A model generated the notes under the pieces. It did not search any database and had not been told where the DNA came from. It saw only the letters and a list, made by a program, of their open reading frames with translations. A stretch of DNA of 60,001 bases from Acidimicrobiales bacterium (GTDB taxonomy: Bacteria > Actinomycetota > Acidimicrobiia > Acidimicrobiales > RAAP-2), in contig JANWIR010000045.1 of NCBI GenBank assembly GCA_025449805.1, positions 1 through 60,001 on the forward strand. Direction: 5' to 3'. This document shows, piece by piece, positions 27,969 to 38,045 of this stretch. Position numbers and translations under genes: made by a program. Position 1 is the first letter of the stretch. Each line of letters starts with the position of its first letter.

Positions 27969-29947
27969 TAGGTCGCCTCGGGCGCGCCGTGGTCCGCGAT
28001 CTCTTGGACGAGGCGGTCGCGAAACGCGGCCACGCTCACGCCGCGTTCAGGGTCGTTGCTGCCGCGCGCGTTCACCCCGACCGTCTCGTTGGCGACGTCA
28101 TCATCGCCCACGACCAAGACGTAAGGAATCTTTTCGAGTTTGGCGCGCCGCACGCGCGCACCCAGTGGTTCGTTGGCGAGTTCGACGCCCACGCGCACAC
28201 CGGACGCGCGAAGCTCGTGCGCGACGCGCTCAGCGTACGCGTCGTGATCGTCACGCACGCCCAACACGCGCACCTGTTCGGGGCTCAACCACGTAGGCAG
28301 GTTCCCCGCGTAGTGCTCGAGCAGCACGCCAAAGAACCGTTCAATGGAGCCGAACAGGGCCCGGTGCAACATGATGGGCCGGTGGCGTTGATTGTCCGCG
28401 CCGACGTACTCCAGGTTGAAGCGCTCGGGGTGGTTGAAGTCGCACTGAATGGTGCTCAACTGCCACGTACGTCCAATGGCGTCGCGCACGTCGATATCAA
28501 TTTTGGGACCGTAGAAGGCGGCGTCGCCCTTCTTCTCTTGGTAACTCAGGCCAAATCGTTCGAGCGCGAGTCGTAGCGCCGCCGTGGACTTCTCCCAGAT
28601 CTCGTCGCTCCCGACGTACTTCTTGGGATCCTTCGTTGACAGGTTCGCCGTGAAGTCCGTAAAACCAAAGGCGCGCAGCACGCTCATCACGAACTCCAGC
28701 AACGACGTGATCTCCTCTTGGAGTTGATCCTCCGTGCAGTAGATGTGGCTGTCGTCTTGCGTGAAGCCACGAATGCGCAAGAGTCCGTGCAGGGTGCCCG
28801 CTCGTTCGTAGCGATAAACGGTGCCGAGTTCAAAAAATCGAAGCGGGAGTTCGCGATAGCTGCGGGAACGACTGCGAAAGATCAAGCAGTGCATCGGGCA
28901 GTTCATCGGCTTCATGTAGTACGTGCCGTTGTCGAGCTCCATGGGCGGGTACATGCCGTCGCGGTAGAAATCCAAGTGGCCCGAGGTCTCGTAGAGGCGC
29001 GCGTTCGTGAGGTGTGGGGTCACGACGAACTGGTAGCCCCCCTCAACGTGGCGAGCTCGCGAAAAATCCTCCATCTCTTTTCGCACGATGCCACCGCGAG
29101 GGTGCCAAACCGCGAGTCCACCACCGAGTTCACTCGGGAAGCTCAACAGGTCGAGTTCGGTCGCCAGTTTGCGGTGATCGCGCTTCTCCGCTTCTTGCAA
29201 CTGCGTCAGGTGTGCATCCAGGGCGGCGGCCGACTCCCAGGCGGTGCCGTAGACGCGCTGCAGTTGGGGTCGCTTCTCGTCACCGCGCCAGTAGGCCCCG
29301 GCGACGCGAGTGAGTTTGAAGTGGCCCAAACGAGAGGTAACGGGCACGTGCGGACCCCGACAGAGATCAACGAAGGCGCCAGAGTTCGCGTAGGTCGACA
29401 CGACCGATCCCGCGACTTCGCCGAGATCGGTGTCGTCGTTAGCGCCGTCGGCGACGGCCCGAATGATTTCAACCTTGAAGGGCTGGTCGTTAAAGATCGC
29501 GAGCCCCTCGTCGATGGAGTGCTCCGAGCGCGTGAAGGGCTGGTCCTCGGCGATGATCGCGCGCATCTCCGCGTCGATGCGCGTCAAATCGTCGTCGGTG
29601 AAGTGTTGGCCGCCGGGTAGTTCGAAGTCGTAGTAGAAGCCGTTTTCAATCGCCGGACCGATAGCGAAGTGCGCACCGGGCCACAGTCGCGTTACCGCTT
29701 GGGCGAGCACGTGGGCCGTCGAGTGACGAAGCACGTCGCGACCGGCCTCGCTGGCCGGCGTGACGATGGCGACCACGTCGCCGTGGTCCAGCGCGCGGTT
29801 GAGATCGGTGAGTTCACCGTTCACTTGGGCCGCGAGCGCGTCTTTGGCGAGACGCGACCCGATCGCCGCGGCGAGGTCGCGCGCGGTGGCGCCCTCGGGC
29901 AGCGTACGCGTACTGCCGTCGGGCAACTGAACGTCAATCTCTGACAT
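27968..29947 (-). CDS. thrS: Threonine--tRNA ligase
   Basis: TGS domain, RHSTAHVLA, DLCRGPH, KRDHRK, KPMNCP, FYGPKID, HRALFGSIERF. Confidence 0.98.
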   Translation of the reverse strand: MSEIDVQLPDGSTRTLPEGATARDLAAAIGSRLAKDALAAQVNGELTDLNRALDHGDVVAIVTPASEAGRDVLRHSTAHVLAQAVTRLWPGAHFAIGPAIENGFYYDFELPGGQHFTDDDLTRIDAEMRAIIAEDQPFTRSEHSIDEGLAIFNDQPFKVEIIRAVADGANDDTDLGEVAGSVVSTYANSGAFVDLCRGPHVPVTSRLGHFKLTRVAGAYWRGDEKRPQLQRVYGTAWESAAALDAHLTQLQEAEKRDHRKLATELDLLSFPSELGGGLAVWHPRGGIVRKEMEDFSRARHVEGGYQFVVTPHLTNARLYETSGHLDFYRDGMYPPMELDNGTYYMKPMNCPMHCLIFRSRSRSYRELPLRFFELGTVYRYERAGTLHGLLRIRGFTQDDSHIYCTEDQLQEEITSLLEFVMSVLRAFGFTDFTANLSTKDPKKYVGSDEIWEKSTAALRLALERFGLSYQEKKGDAAFYGPKIDIDVRDAIGRTWQLSTIQCDFNHPERFNLEYVGADNQRHRPIMLHRALFGSIERFFGVLLEHYAGNLPTWLSPEQVRVLGVRDDHDAYAERVAHELRASGVRVGVELANEPLGARVRRAKLEKIPYVLVVGDDDVANETVGVNARGSNDPERGVSVAAFRDRLVQEIADHGAPEAT

Positions 29948-29963
29948 AGGTGCCTTTCGTTTC

Positions 29964-31085
29964 CTAAAGCGTAATGCCGAGCAGCGACGCGGCCGAGGTA
30001 ACGTGCGCGCCCGCGTGCGCCGCGTCGTCAATCGCGCGCAGTGCGCCCGGCGCGTTTAGATCATCGTCCAAGGCGGCGCGCACGTCGTCGAGTACCGAAC
30101 TCGCACGCCCCGTGCTCTGGGTGGAGCGCCACGTCGCTAGGCGTGACTGTGCCCGCGCCAGTAGATCGTCACGCCACTCCCAGTCGTGGCGGTAGTGCTG
30201 ATCAAGAAGTGCGAGTCGCACCGCCGCGGGCTCTGATCGGCGAACTAGATCCTCGACGAAGACCAGATTGCCCAACGACTTACTCATCTTGATGCCGTCG
30301 AGACCAACGAGACCCACGTGCATCCAGTGCTTCACGAAGGGCTGGCCCGTCACCACCTCGCTCTGGGCGGCTTCGCACTCGTGATGGGGAAAGGCCAGGT
30401 CGCGTCCGCCCCCGTGTACGTCGATCGTCTCACCCAGATCACGCAGGGCCAGCGCCGAACACTCCACGTGCCAACCAGGGCGACCCGCGCCCCAGCGAGA
30501 CTCCCACGACGGCTCGTCGTCGAGGGACGGCTGCCAGAGGACGAAGTCGAGGGGGTCGCGCTTCTTTGGGTCGTCGGGTCGACCACCGTGAATCGCGGCC
30601 AGAGCCAACATCTCGTCACGCGAGGTGTGGCTCACTTGGCCGAAGCGACGAAACTTCGCGACCTCGAAGTAGACCCAGCCGTCGACTTCGTAGGCGTAGC
30701 CCTCGTCGAACGTGCGCCCAATCACCGTCAAAATCTCGGGAATCGCGCCAGTCGCGCGCGGCTCGGCGTAGACCGGCAACAGGTTGATGGAGTGCATGTC
30801 GCGTTCGAACTTGGCCATCTCTTGTGCGGCGAGGTCCAGGTAGTGCACACCGAGTTCGCGAGCCTTGCGCAAAATGTCGTCGTCGACGTCGGTTACGTTG
30901 CGCACGCAGCGTGCCTCGTGGCCCGCGTCACGCAGTCGACGCTTTAAGACGTCAAAGCACAGGTAGACGAACGCGTGGCCAAGGTGAGCGGCGTCGTAGG
31001 GCGTGATGCCACAGCTGTAGAGCGTGACCAGAGGTCCCGCGTCGAGCTCGAAGACCCCTTGACGTGCCGTGTCGTAGAGACGCAT
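29964..31085 (-). CDS. mshC: MshC-like cysteine ligase (CysRS catalytic-domain homolog)
   Basis: CGITPYDAAHLGH (MshC-type rather than CysRS CGPTVY), TDVDD, GRPGWHVEC, FPHHE, KMSKSLGNLV; ~373 aa with no anticodon-binding domain. Confidence 0.75.
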   Translation of the reverse strand: MRLYDTARQGVFELDAGPLVTLYSCGITPYDAAHLGHAFVYLCFDVLKRRLRDAGHEARCVRNVTDVDDDILRKARELGVHYLDLAAQEMAKFERDMHSINLLPVYAEPRATGAIPEILTVIGRTFDEGYAYEVDGWVYFEVAKFRRFGQVSHTSRDEMLALAAIHGGRPDDPKKRDPLDFVLWQPSLDDEPSWESRWGAGRPGWHVECSALALRDLGETIDVHGGGRDLAFPHHECEAAQSEVVTGQPFVKHWMHVGLVGLDGIKMSKSLGNLVFVEDLVRRSEPAAVRLALLDQHYRHDWEWRDDLLARAQSRLATWRSTQSTGRASSVLDDVRAALDDDLNAPGALRAIDDAAHAGAHVTSAASLLGITL

Positions 31086-31735
31086 CAGTGCGACAGGCCC
31101 GCCAACTTCACGTAGCTGTGCGCCTTGTGACGAATGTTGATCGAGATACACACCGCCGTAAAGGCCTCCACCGCACTCGCGAGGGACAACGAGCCGGCCT
31201 CGATTGCCCGCAAACCGGGCATCTCGTCGACCATTGCCGCGACGCGCTCGCGCGCCGGCGCGTCGTCACCAACGATCACCACGTCCGCGTCCAGACCCGA
31301 GTCGAGGTCCTCCATCTGCGCCGCCGGAAGGTGATGGAACGCGCCGACCACCGTGCTCTCGGGTAGGGCGAAGGCTAACTGCGCCGCCATCGAGCCCCGA
31401 GGTGGGTAGAGCGGTAGTAGTTCACGCCCCTCGCGCGTTAACGCGTTCACCATCGAAATCACGATCTTGCCGCGCAGCGCGTCGCGCAACGCGCTCGTCG
31501 TCGCCACCGCGGAGTCCCAGGGTGTGGCAATGATCACGAGATCGCGCGTGGCGACGTCATCGTTGCTCGCGCCCGTGATGGTGCCCGTGCCGCGTGGGGC
31601 CATTGCCGCTGCCACGTCAGCCGCACGCTGCGCGTCGCGCGAACCGAGTGCCACGTCGTAACCCGCGCTCGCGAGACGGATCGCAACGCCCCGACCGGCC
31701 GGACCGGTACCTCCCACAATGCCAACTGTCGTCAT
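31085..31735 (-). CDS. npdG: NADPH-dependent F420 reductase
   Basis: GIVGGTGPAGRG, LGSRDAQRA, GS.A.Q, AFHHLPA, DADV, VEAFTA..ISINIRHK. Confidence 0.88.
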   Translation of the reverse strand: MTTVGIVGGTGPAGRGVAIRLASAGYDVALGSRDAQRAADVAAAMAPRGTGTITGASNDDVATRDLVIIATPWDSAVATTSALRDALRGKIVISMVNALTREGRELLPLYPPRGSMAAQLAFALPESTVVGAFHHLPAAQMEDLDSGLDADVVIVGDDAPARERVAAMVDEMPGLRAIEAGSLSLASAVEAFTAVCISINIRHKAHSYVKLAGLSH

Positions 31736-31777
31736 CGTCGTCCTCACGCTCGAAATGCTGAGAAGTACGCTAACAAG

Positions 31778-32557
31778 ATGGCGCTCTTAACGAATCACCG
31801 ACTATTAATTACTGGAGTCTTGACCGACGATTCGCTGGCCTTTGGCATTGCCCAGCGCGCGCTCGAAGAAGGCGCCACGATCGCGCTTTCCGGGGCGGGA
31901 CGGGGAACGTCACTGACTCGTCGCACGGCGCGCAAGCTCGGCGACGTGGGTGAAATCATTGAACTCGACGTCACCAACGACGCGCAGATCCACGAGGCCG
32001 TGCGCGAGGTCGAAGCCCGCTTCGGTCGTCTTGACGGTCTGGTGCACGCGATTGGCTACGCCCCGCCGAGCTGTTTGGGTAGTGGCATGTTTGCCGCCCC
32101 CTTCAGCGACGTCGCGACGGCGATGCAGATTTCTACCTACTCACTGGCCGCGCTCGTCGGCGCCTTTCGCCCGCTCTTGCAACGCAGCGAGGTGCTCGGT
32201 GGCGCGTCGGTGCTCGCGCTCGACTTCGACGGATCGCGGGCCTATCCCATGTACGACTGGATGGGCGTGATGAAGGCGGCGCTGGAATCGCTCGGTCGCT
32301 ACCTCGCGCGCGAGGTCGGCGAGGACCACGTCCGCGTCAACATGCTCGCCGCCGGTCCGATTCGCACCATGGCGGCCAAGTCCATTCCCGGCTTCTCCGC
32401 CTTTGAAGACACCTGGGGCGACCGAGCACCGTTGGGCTGGGACGTGCACGACTCGAGTGCGGTCGCCGACACCGCCATTGCGTTGCTTTCGCCGCTGCTT
32501 CGTGCGACGACCGGCTCGGTCATCCACGTTGACGGTGGCGCGCACGCCATGGGCTAG
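31778..32557 (+). CDS. fabI: Enoyl-ACP reductase (InhA/FabI)
   Basis: ITGVLTDDSLAF, HAIGYAP, LDFD, YDWMGVMKAALES, AGPIRT, HVDGG. Confidence 0.92.
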   Translation: MALLTNHRLLITGVLTDDSLAFGIAQRALEEGATIALSGAGRGTSLTRRTARKLGDVGEIIELDVTNDAQIHEAVREVEARFGRLDGLVHAIGYAPPSCLGSGMFAAPFSDVATAMQISTYSLAALVGAFRPLLQRSEVLGGASVLALDFDGSRAYPMYDWMGVMKAALESLGRYLAREVGEDHVRVNMLAAGPIRTMAAKSIPGFSAFEDTWGDRAPLGWDVHDSSAVADTAIALLSPLLRATTGSVIHVDGGAHAMG

Positions 32558-34443
32558 TGCTGCTGAACCGCAAACTGGGTTTCGTAGAGGTCTTGGTACA
32601 GGCCCCCACGCGCGAGTAACGCCTCGTGGGTGCCACGCTCCACCACGCGCCCGGCGTCAATCACGAGAATCTGATCGGCGTTACGAATAGTGGAGAGACG
32701 GTGGGCAATCACGAGCGACGTGCGGTCGTGCATCGTTTCGTCAAGGGCCCGTTGAACGGCGGCTTCACTTTCGGCGTCGAGGTGCGCGGTTGCCTCGTCG
32801 AGGACCACGAGCGCCGGCGCCTTTAACAACAGTCGGGCTAGCGCCACGCGCTGCTTTTCGCCACCCGAGAGGCGATAGCCCCGCTCGCCCACCACCGTTT
32901 CGAGGCCGAGCGGCAACGAGGCGACGAGATCGGCGATCTGCGCCGAGGCGAGCGCCTGGGCAATCTGCTCGTCGCTCGCGTCGGGCCGCGCGAAGAGCAG
33001 ATTCGCGCGAATCGTGTCGTGAAAGAGGTGCGCGTCTTGGGTCACGACACCGACGGTGGCGTTGAGTGACGCGGTCGTGGCGTCGCGCACGTCGACGCCG
33101 TTGATTGACACCGACCCCGCGTCGACGTCGTAGAGACGTGACACCAACCTGGAGATGGTGCTTTTGCCGGCGCCGGACGGACCGACGAGGGCAGTCATGG
33201 TGCCGGGTTCCACGACGAAGGACACGTCGTGCAGCACTTGCGTACGCGGCGTGTCGTCGAGACGCGCCACTGATTCGAGCGACGCCAACGACACTTCGTC
33301 GGCACCGGGGTACGAGAACGTGACCTGGTCAAAGTGCAGTCGCGCCGGACCAGCGGGAATCACCGTCGCGTCGGGTCGCTCTTGGATCATCGGTTCGAGG
33401 TCGAGCACCTCGAAGAGTCGCTCGAAGGAGACCATGGCCGACATGTAGTCGATATTGAGACTCGACAACTGGGTCAAGGGTCCGTAGAGGCGACCGAGGT
33501 AGGCCGTAAGTGCGACGACCGTACCGACTAACAAGGTGCCGTGCAGGGCCTCCACTCCTCCGAAACCGTAAGCGAACGCAGTCGCGAGTGACGCGGTGAG
33601 CGACAGCGAGATGAAGAAGTAGCGCTGGTAGAGCGCTTGGTGGACGCCGATGTCGCGCACCTGTGCGGCACGTGCCTCAAAGAGATAGCGCTCTTCGTCG
33701 GGGCGACCAAAGAGTTTGACCAACATCGCGCCGCTGACGTTGAAACGTTCTGACATCACCATATTCATCTCGGCGTTGAGCTCCATGCCCCGCTGGAACA
33801 ACGTCCCGAGACGTCGGGCCACGCGTCGCGCCGGGATAAGGAATACCGGTAACAACACCAGCGACACGAGAGTGATCTGCCACGAGAGCACGAACATCGT
33901 CACGAGCACAATCATGACGAGGATGACGTTTCCCACCACGTTCGACAACAGATCCGTGAAGGCCTGCTGGGCGCCGATGACGTCGTTGTTCAGTCGACTG
34001 ATTAGCGCGCCGGTCTGGGTACGCGAGAAGAAGGCGACGGGCATCTTTTGAATGTGGGCAAAGACCGCGGCGCGCAGGTCGTAGATCAAACCTTCGCCGA
34101 TAATCGACGAGATACGCCGCTCAACCATGGACAAGCCCGCGTCCACGATGGCCAGAACGGCCGTCAAGATCGAGAGTCCAATAATGAGCCCCTCGCGATG
34201 TCCGTAAATACCTTTATCGATAATCGCGCGCAACAGCAGCGGCGCCACCGAACTCGTCACCGCACCGAGAACCACGGCGATGAGAAAAAACACCAGGTCG
34301 CGGCGGTACTTCTTCGCGAAGCGCAGTATCCGGGGAAACGTCCCCTTCTTCAGTTGGTGCTCAAGGAGCTTGCGATCGCGCTGCATCGAACGCATCCCGA
34401 GGCGGCCACTTCGGCCAACCCCGCCCATTCCGTGCATGCTCAT
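32554..34443 (-). CDS. ABC exporter, fused permease/ATP-binding protein
   Basis: TMD plus GPSGAGKST, LSGGEKQR, LDEATAHLD, IAHRLST. Confidence 0.93.
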   Translation of the reverse strand: MSMHGMGGVGRSGRLGMRSMQRDRKLLEHQLKKGTFPRILRFAKKYRRDLVFFLIAVVLGAVTSSVAPLLLRAIIDKGIYGHREGLIIGLSILTAVLAIVDAGLSMVERRISSIIGEGLIYDLRAAVFAHIQKMPVAFFSRTQTGALISRLNNDVIGAQQAFTDLLSNVVGNVILVMIVLVTMFVLSWQITLVSLVLLPVFLIPARRVARRLGTLFQRGMELNAEMNMVMSERFNVSGAMLVKLFGRPDEERYLFEARAAQVRDIGVHQALYQRYFFISLSLTASLATAFAYGFGGVEALHGTLLVGTVVALTAYLGRLYGPLTQLSSLNIDYMSAMVSFERLFEVLDLEPMIQERPDATVIPAGPARLHFDQVTFSYPGADEVSLASLESVARLDDTPRTQVLHDVSFVVEPGTMTALVGPSGAGKSTISRLVSRLYDVDAGSVSINGVDVRDATTASLNATVGVVTQDAHLFHDTIRANLLFARPDASDEQIAQALASAQIADLVASLPLGLETVVGERGYRLSGGEKQRVALARLLLKAPALVVLDEATAHLDAESEAAVQRALDETMHDRTSLVIAHRLSTIRNADQILVIDAGRVVERGTHEALLARGGLYQDLYETQFAVQQH

Positions 34444-34503
34444 TGTCGCTCCCTCGCCTTAGCAGTGTAGGAACGACGGAGCGTTAATTCGACGCCCTCA
34501 CAC

Positions 34504-35145
34504 TCAGCCGTGCGCGGCACTCGCGAGAATCAAGAGTCCAAGGGTCATCATGACGAGCGAACCCGTGGTGCGCAACGTCACTAAACGCCGCGGGGAATCT
34601 GAGAGCCACTCACGCGCCGTGCCCGCGATGAAACCCCACGTGCCGTCGGAACAAAAGGCCATCACGCTGAAAATCCCTCCAAAAACGAGCAGCTGGAGCG
34701 TCGCACTGCCCTTTGACGGGTCCACGAAGTGTGGAAACACCGCGGCGAAGAAGACCAGTGACTTCGGATTCAAAATTCCGACGGTGAAACCTTGACGTAT
34801 CACGTGAAGGTTCGACGGACGGCTCGCTTCACGTTGCTGCATGGCGCGCGCGTGTTCGTGCCGGTGTCGAAAGGCCTGGACGCCGAGCCACACGAGGTAC
34901 GCACCGCCGGCGATCTGCAAGGCGACTGAAAAGGCGTGGCTACGCGAAAGTAGGGGGCCCAGACCCACGGCCACGAGCACCGACAGCATTAACGTACCCA
35001 CGCTGTTGCCGAGTACGGTCAACACCGCGACGGCGCGACCCCAGGCCACGCCACGCGCCAACGTGAACAGCACACTTGGACCGGGCACCATGATGATGGC
35101 CAGTGACGCCGCAAAAAAAGTCGCGAACTGTCCGCCGCTAATCAC
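34504..35145 (-). CDS. LysE/RhtB family translocator
   Basis: VPGPSV, GAYLVWLG, QGFTVGILNPK..FF..FP.F. Confidence 0.9.
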   Translation of the reverse strand: MISGGQFATFFAASLAIIMVPGPSVLFTLARGVAWGRAVAVLTVLGNSVGTLMLSVLVAVGLGPLLSRSHAFSVALQIAGGAYLVWLGVQAFRHRHEHARAMQQREASRPSNLHVIRQGFTVGILNPKSLVFFAAVFPHFVDPSKGSATLQLLVFGGIFSVMAFCSDGTWGFIAGTAREWLSDSPRRLVTLRTTGSLVMMTLGLLILASAAHG

Positions 35146-35863
35146 GCGACCGCCGCCGATCAATCACCGTCACACCCCGAAGTCCCCAACCCACGCTAAA
35201 GCCGATCGTGAGAGCGAATAACGCGGTTCCTACCCCGACGGTCCCGCCCATGAACCACCCAATCGCCAACACGGTGACTTCAATGGCGAGTCGTACGTAC
35301 ACCACGCTGACCCCGAGACGTCGGTGCAGGCTGGTCATCAGACCGTCGCGCGGTCCCGGTCCGAGGCCCGTGGTGAGATAGAGCGCCGATCCGGCGCCGA
35401 TGGCAATAATTGCGCCAATGACGTAACTCGCTCGCACAATCGCGTTTGTGGGCGACGTCAAGAGCAACGTCGTCACGTCAAGCACGAGCGCGATGATGAC
35501 CAAGTTCGCGATCGTGCCGAAGCCGGGTCGTTCGCGCAGAGGCCACCACAACGTCAACACCACGGCGCTGATGAGCGCCGTCGACCAACCAATCGACACG
35601 TGGAGGTGACGAGCCAAACCTTGGGCGAAGACGGTCCACGGCGTGGCCCCCCATCTCGACTGCACCAGGAGTCCCTCGCCGAACCCAAAGAGCGCGAGTC
35701 CCCCGATCAACGGCGTGAGGGTTGATCGTCGTGGCGACCAGGTGGACGTCGCGCGCCACGTCGTGATGGGTACCTGGTGGCTGAGTCGCATGGTGGTTGC
35801 CACGCTATCGCCGTATCGAGATTCGACGAACCGTTCGCCGGCGCGTGAGGGACCCGCGTTCAT
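35138..35863 (-). CDS. YczE/YyaS/YitT family membrane protein
   Basis: GATPWTVFAQG, PGFGTIAN, LGPGPRDGLM, GGTVGVGT; start may be ATG 35791. Confidence 0.85.
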   Translation of the reverse strand: MNAGPSRAGERFVESRYGDSVATTMRLSHQVPITTWRATSTWSPRRSTLTPLIGGLALFGFGEGLLVQSRWGATPWTVFAQGLARHLHVSIGWSTALISAVVLTLWWPLRERPGFGTIANLVIIALVLDVTTLLLTSPTNAIVRASYVIGAIIAIGAGSALYLTTGLGPGPRDGLMTSLHRRLGVSVVYVRLAIEVTVLAIGWFMGGTVGVGTALFALTIGFSVGWGLRGVTVIDRRRSRD

Positions 35864-36220
35864 GTACCAACGCCGGCGAGCCGTCTAGTGGCGTCCCAAC
35901 TCCTCGACCTCACGCATCTTCGTCACGTTGAACGACCACACTTTTCGACGCCACTCAAGCGTTACCAGCGACGATAAATCCTCTGACGGACGCTCCCCTG
36001 ACGCCACACCATCTCGTCAGCGGCGGCGGGCTCGTCCCCGCGGCTCGTCACAACACCACCCCAGCCGAACTGCGTTACATTCATCACTTTTGATCTCATC
36101 GTCAAAGTAACATTGCTCGCGTTGAGTCACGTCGAGCGTCCGCGACTCGCGGGAGTCTTGAACGATGAAAGTACCGAATCCCGCGCGACCCGCATCCGAC
36201 TAGTGGACGAGACCGTATCC

Positions 36221-36823
36221 GTGCCAATCCGAGGTCCCCAAGACCCTCCACCGTCGTTAGCAGCGCTACTCCTCACCGGTGGCTCCAGTCGACGAATGGG
36301 TCGCGACAAGTCCCAGCTGCTCTACCAGGGACAAAATCTCGCGCAGCGTACGGCGCACTTGCTCGAAACGGTCGTCGAGCGAGCACTCGAAGTTGGGCCG
36401 GGGGTTTCGGGTCTGGTCGCGGTCCACGAGGCGTTGCCAGGGCGGGGGCCGCTCGCGGCGATTGTGGAAGGACGACGCGCCCTTGAGCGTGACGGTCACC
36501 GCGGTCCTGTTCTCGTGGTCGCGTGCGACATGCCAATGCTCACTAGAGAACTCCTGCACTTTCTCGCGACGTTTGCCACTACCGGTTCGGCGGTGCCGGT
36601 GGTTGACGGTTTCGCGCAACCTCTGTGCGCTAAATGGGGCGTCGCTGACCTCGAGCAAGCGAGCGATCTCCTGGCGCGCGGTGAACGGTCAGTTGAGTTC
36701 TTGACACGTGCCGTGGACGTACGGCTCATCGACGAATTCGAATGGTCCGCGTACGCGACGTCGGCCAACTTCCGCGACGTCGACACCCCCGAGGACGCGC
36801 GTCGTTTGGGAATTGAAATCTAG
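36221..36823 (+). CDS. mobA: Molybdenum cofactor guanylyltransferase
   Basis: LLTGGSSRRMGRDK, GPLAAI, VVACDMP, QPLCA, DVDTPED; start uncertain. Confidence 0.88.
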   Translation: MPIRGPQDPPPSLAALLLTGGSSRRMGRDKSQLLYQGQNLAQRTAHLLETVVERALEVGPGVSGLVAVHEALPGRGPLAAIVEGRRALERDGHRGPVLVVACDMPMLTRELLHFLATFATTGSAVPVVDGFAQPLCAKWGVADLEQASDLLARGERSVEFLTRAVDVRLIDEFEWSAYATSANFRDVDTPEDARRLGIEI

Positions 36824-37041
36824 TTGTCCTCGATCACGACCGAGTGCGCAATTTCGAGAGCTTCACTCGGCGTCAATCCCGCCTGCGCGGCGAGCCAACA
36901 AGCCACGGGCGCAGCCGTTCTCTGTGACGCGTGAGCCGCCGATCCGGCCACGTCGAGAATCGTCGAAAGGTCATCGACACTCGGCATTTCGACGCCGAGT
37001 TTCTCCGCAAAAACCCGCAACCAATCGTCGGCCGAAATCAC
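36820..37041 (-). CDS. DUF6457-like small protein (MobA-associated)
   Basis: W...LG...ILDVAGSAAHASQRTAAPVACWL; GTG 6 nt after TAGGAT. Confidence 0.72.
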   Translation of the reverse strand: MISADDWLRVFAEKLGVEMPSVDDLSTILDVAGSAAHASQRTAAPVACWLAAQAGLTPSEALEIAHSVVIEDN

Positions 37042-37067
37042 GAAGGCATCCTAACTACCTGGGGAGC

Positions 37068-38045
37068 ATGACCACGCCCAGAATGTTCGCGCATTCGTTA
37101 GGCTCAGTCGTACCCGTTGGTGCGTGGGCTTCGCCACCGCAAGCGGGTCCCATCGAAAGGCAAATCTTGGCCCGTTCTTCACCGGAGCGACGAGTGACGC
37201 GAGTGACCGTCGGCATGAAGTCTGTCTCAGTGCGTGACGTCCTCGCCGGCGAAGAGCCGCTCGAGATCCGGGTGCAAGGAGCCTCAATGGCGGTCACGAT
37301 GCGTACGCCGGGTAACGATTTCGATCTCGCTGCGGGATTCATGGTGAGCGAGGGCGTCATCGCACAGCGCCGCGAACTCACCTCCATGCGCTACTGCGCC
37401 GGCACCGGCAGTGATGGCGTGAATCGGTACAACGTCCTCGACCTTCAGTTAGCCCCGGACGTGCCGGCGCCGGACGCCAGCGTGGCTCGAGCTTTCTTCA
37501 CCACGAGTTCTTGTGGTCTCTGTGGCAAGGCGTCCATTGACGCCGTACGCACCCGTTCCCAATTCAACGTGGCCGACGACCCGGCGAGCACGTCAGCGGC
37601 GTTTCTCGTGTCGCTCCCGAGTCGCTTACGCGACGCGCAAGAGATCTTTGCTCGCACCGGCGGTGTGCACGCCGCGGCGCTCTTTGACGCCGCCACCGGC
37701 AACCTTTTAGTGATGCGCGAAGACGTTGGCCGTCACAACGCCGTTGACAAGGTCGTGGGCTGGGCGCTTCGAGAGGACCGACTGCCACTCGTTGGCACGA
37801 TTCTGCTGGTTTCGGGCCGCGCGTCGTTTGAATTGGTCCAAAAGGCAGCGATGGCGGGGATACCGATGCTGTGCGCCGTGTCCGCGCCCTCCTCCTTGGC
37901 CGTCGATCTCGCGAACGAATTGGGGCTGACCCTGGTCGGATTCTTGCGCGATCCAACGTTCGTCGTCTACGCACACCAACGCCGAGTCGTCGTCGAGGAG
38001 TGCGAGAGTTCGCCGCTACCGGCGCTCGAGGCGCACGATGATTGA
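37068..38045 (+). CDS. fdhD: Formate dehydrogenase accessory sulfurtransferase
   Basis: EEPLEIR, TMRTPG.D..LAAGF..EG, SSCGLCGK, TGGVHAA, EDVGRHNAVDK, SGRASFELVQKA. Confidence 0.93.
   Translation: MTTPRMFAHSLGSVVPVGAWASPPQAGPIERQILARSSPERRVTRVTVGMKSVSVRDVLAGEEPLEIRVQGASMAVTMRTPGNDFDLAAGFMVSEGVIAQRRELTSMRYCAGTGSDGVNRYNVLDLQLAPDVPAPDASVARAFFTTSSCGLCGKASIDAVRTRSQFNVADDPASTSAAFLVSLPSRLRDAQEIFARTGGVHAAALFDAATGNLLVMREDVGRHNAVDKVVGWALREDRLPLVGTILLVSGRASFELVQKAAMAGIPMLCAVSAPSSLAVDLANELGLTLVGFLRDPTFVVYAHQRRVVVEECESSPLPALEAHDD

Noticed and set aside
29948-29963. T-box leaders for thrS, hisS, aspS or alaS
   Set aside because: Intergenic gaps are 16 bp or less, leaving no room.
36074-36111. GTTAC...GTAAC imperfect palindrome upstream of mobA as a ModE/GlnR site or Moco RNA
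   Set aside because: Spacing fits no consensus I can support, and no Moco RNA features were recognised.
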